A stretch of DNA of 64,000 bases, taken from Candidatus Marinacidobacterales bacterium (GTDB lineage Bacteria > Acidobacteriota > Vicinamibacteria > Marinacidobacterales > SMYC01). Shown here piece by piece: positions 63,386 through 64,000 of this stretch. The position numbers and the translations under genes were made by a program. Below the pieces are notes generated by a model. That model was not told the DNA's origin and did not search any database. It worked only from the letters and a program-made list of their open reading frames with translations. The DNA is taken from NCBI GenBank assembly GCA_965237955.1, contig OZ250169.1, forward strand, positions 3,968,001 to 4,032,000, written 5' to 3'. Positions within the stretch are counted from its first letter, which is position 1. Each line of letters opens with the position of its first letter.

Positions 63386-64000
63386 ATGACGTATCTCAGA
63401 CTTTGCCTCGTTTTGATGCTGGTGGTCGCCGGCTGCGGCGGTGAGACGGGTCCCGAGCCAGCGGACCTCGTGCTCTTACACGGCAAGATCGTCACCGTCG
63501 ATGACGATAGGCCCGAGGCGCAGGCGCTCGCCGCGAAAGGCGGCGTGATCCTCGCCGTCGGAAGTGACGCCGATATCGAGCCCTACATCGGTGACGACAC
63601 CCGCGTTCTCGACCTCGAAGGCTTGCTCGCCGTTCCCGGCCTCATCGAAGGCCACGGCCACTACATGAGCTACGGCGCGTCTATGATGGAGCTCGACCTT
63701 CGCAATGCACGCGATTAGGATCATATCGTGTCGATGGTCGAAAATGCCGTCGCCGAAGCCGAGCCGGGTGAATGGATCGTGGGCCGCGGGTGGCATCAAG
63801 ACAAATGGGAGTCGCGGCCGGAGCCGAGCGTGGAAGGCCTGCCGACGCACGACACGCTGAGCGCGAGCCCAGAGAATCCGGTTTTCTTGAGCCACACGAG
63901 CGGTCACGGCGTTTTCGTGAACGCCAAAGCTTTGGAAGCAGCCGGGCTCACGCGCGACAGCAAAGACCCGTCCGGTGGCGAGATGGTTCGAGACGCCGAC
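63386..64000 (+). pseudogene. YtcJ-like amidohydrolase (lipoprotein) with in-frame TAG at 63716; runs off the window
   Basis: 'LDLEG..VPGLIEGHGH', then * and 'WIVGRGWHQDKW', 'HTSGH..VNAKAL' in the same frame. Confidence 0.8.

Noticed and set aside
63716-63718. In-frame TAG as pyrrolysine or recoding
   Set aside because: The position fits a TGG-to-TAG change, there are no pyl genes in the window, and the neighbouring gene is also decayed.
1-64000. CRISPR array, tRNA, rRNA or integron attC array
   Set aside because: No regularly spaced repeats or recognisable RNA genes seen by eye; the 88-bp repeat occurs only twice. A covariance-model scan was not run.

Overview
GC-rich bacterial window. Gene content (NHL and PQQ beta-propellers, sulfatases, a 'LSPGAKLGPYEILSLLGAG' kinase N-terminus) suggests Acidobacteriota, probably Vicinamibacteria-like; this is inference. 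It is a patchwork of hydrolase/oxidoreductase genes, a molybdate ABC operon with an XRE-PBP regulator, lemA/DUF2207, a divergent sulfate-assimilation locus (cysG-N, cobA, sulfite reductase versus cysH), ilvD, peptidases, an integrase with a SIR2-like cargo gene, and a cobS/cobT-like pair beside a hydroquinone dioxygenase pathway. Mobile DNA is dense: six near-identical IS5-family copies (none with a matching target duplication), one ISL3 and one IS256 (both with 8-bp TSDs, both inside one GH29 fucosidase gene), and three IS91/ISCR-like rolling-circle remnants. Many genes are frameshifted, truncated or reduced to fragments. The strongest signal missing from the ORF track is in 25458-25985: two back-to-back sigma70 promoters, each followed by a 3-Cys leader peptide (47 and 40 aa), a GGCCC hairpin and an intrinsic terminator. 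This looks like a pair of trp-style cysteine-sensing attenuators. Other notable items are an ATT-initiated RRM gene, an 88-bp CAGT-bounded rolling-circle mini-element, and an AAA+/VWA pair next to an Fe dioxygenase. All family assignments come from motif recognition; no database searches were run.
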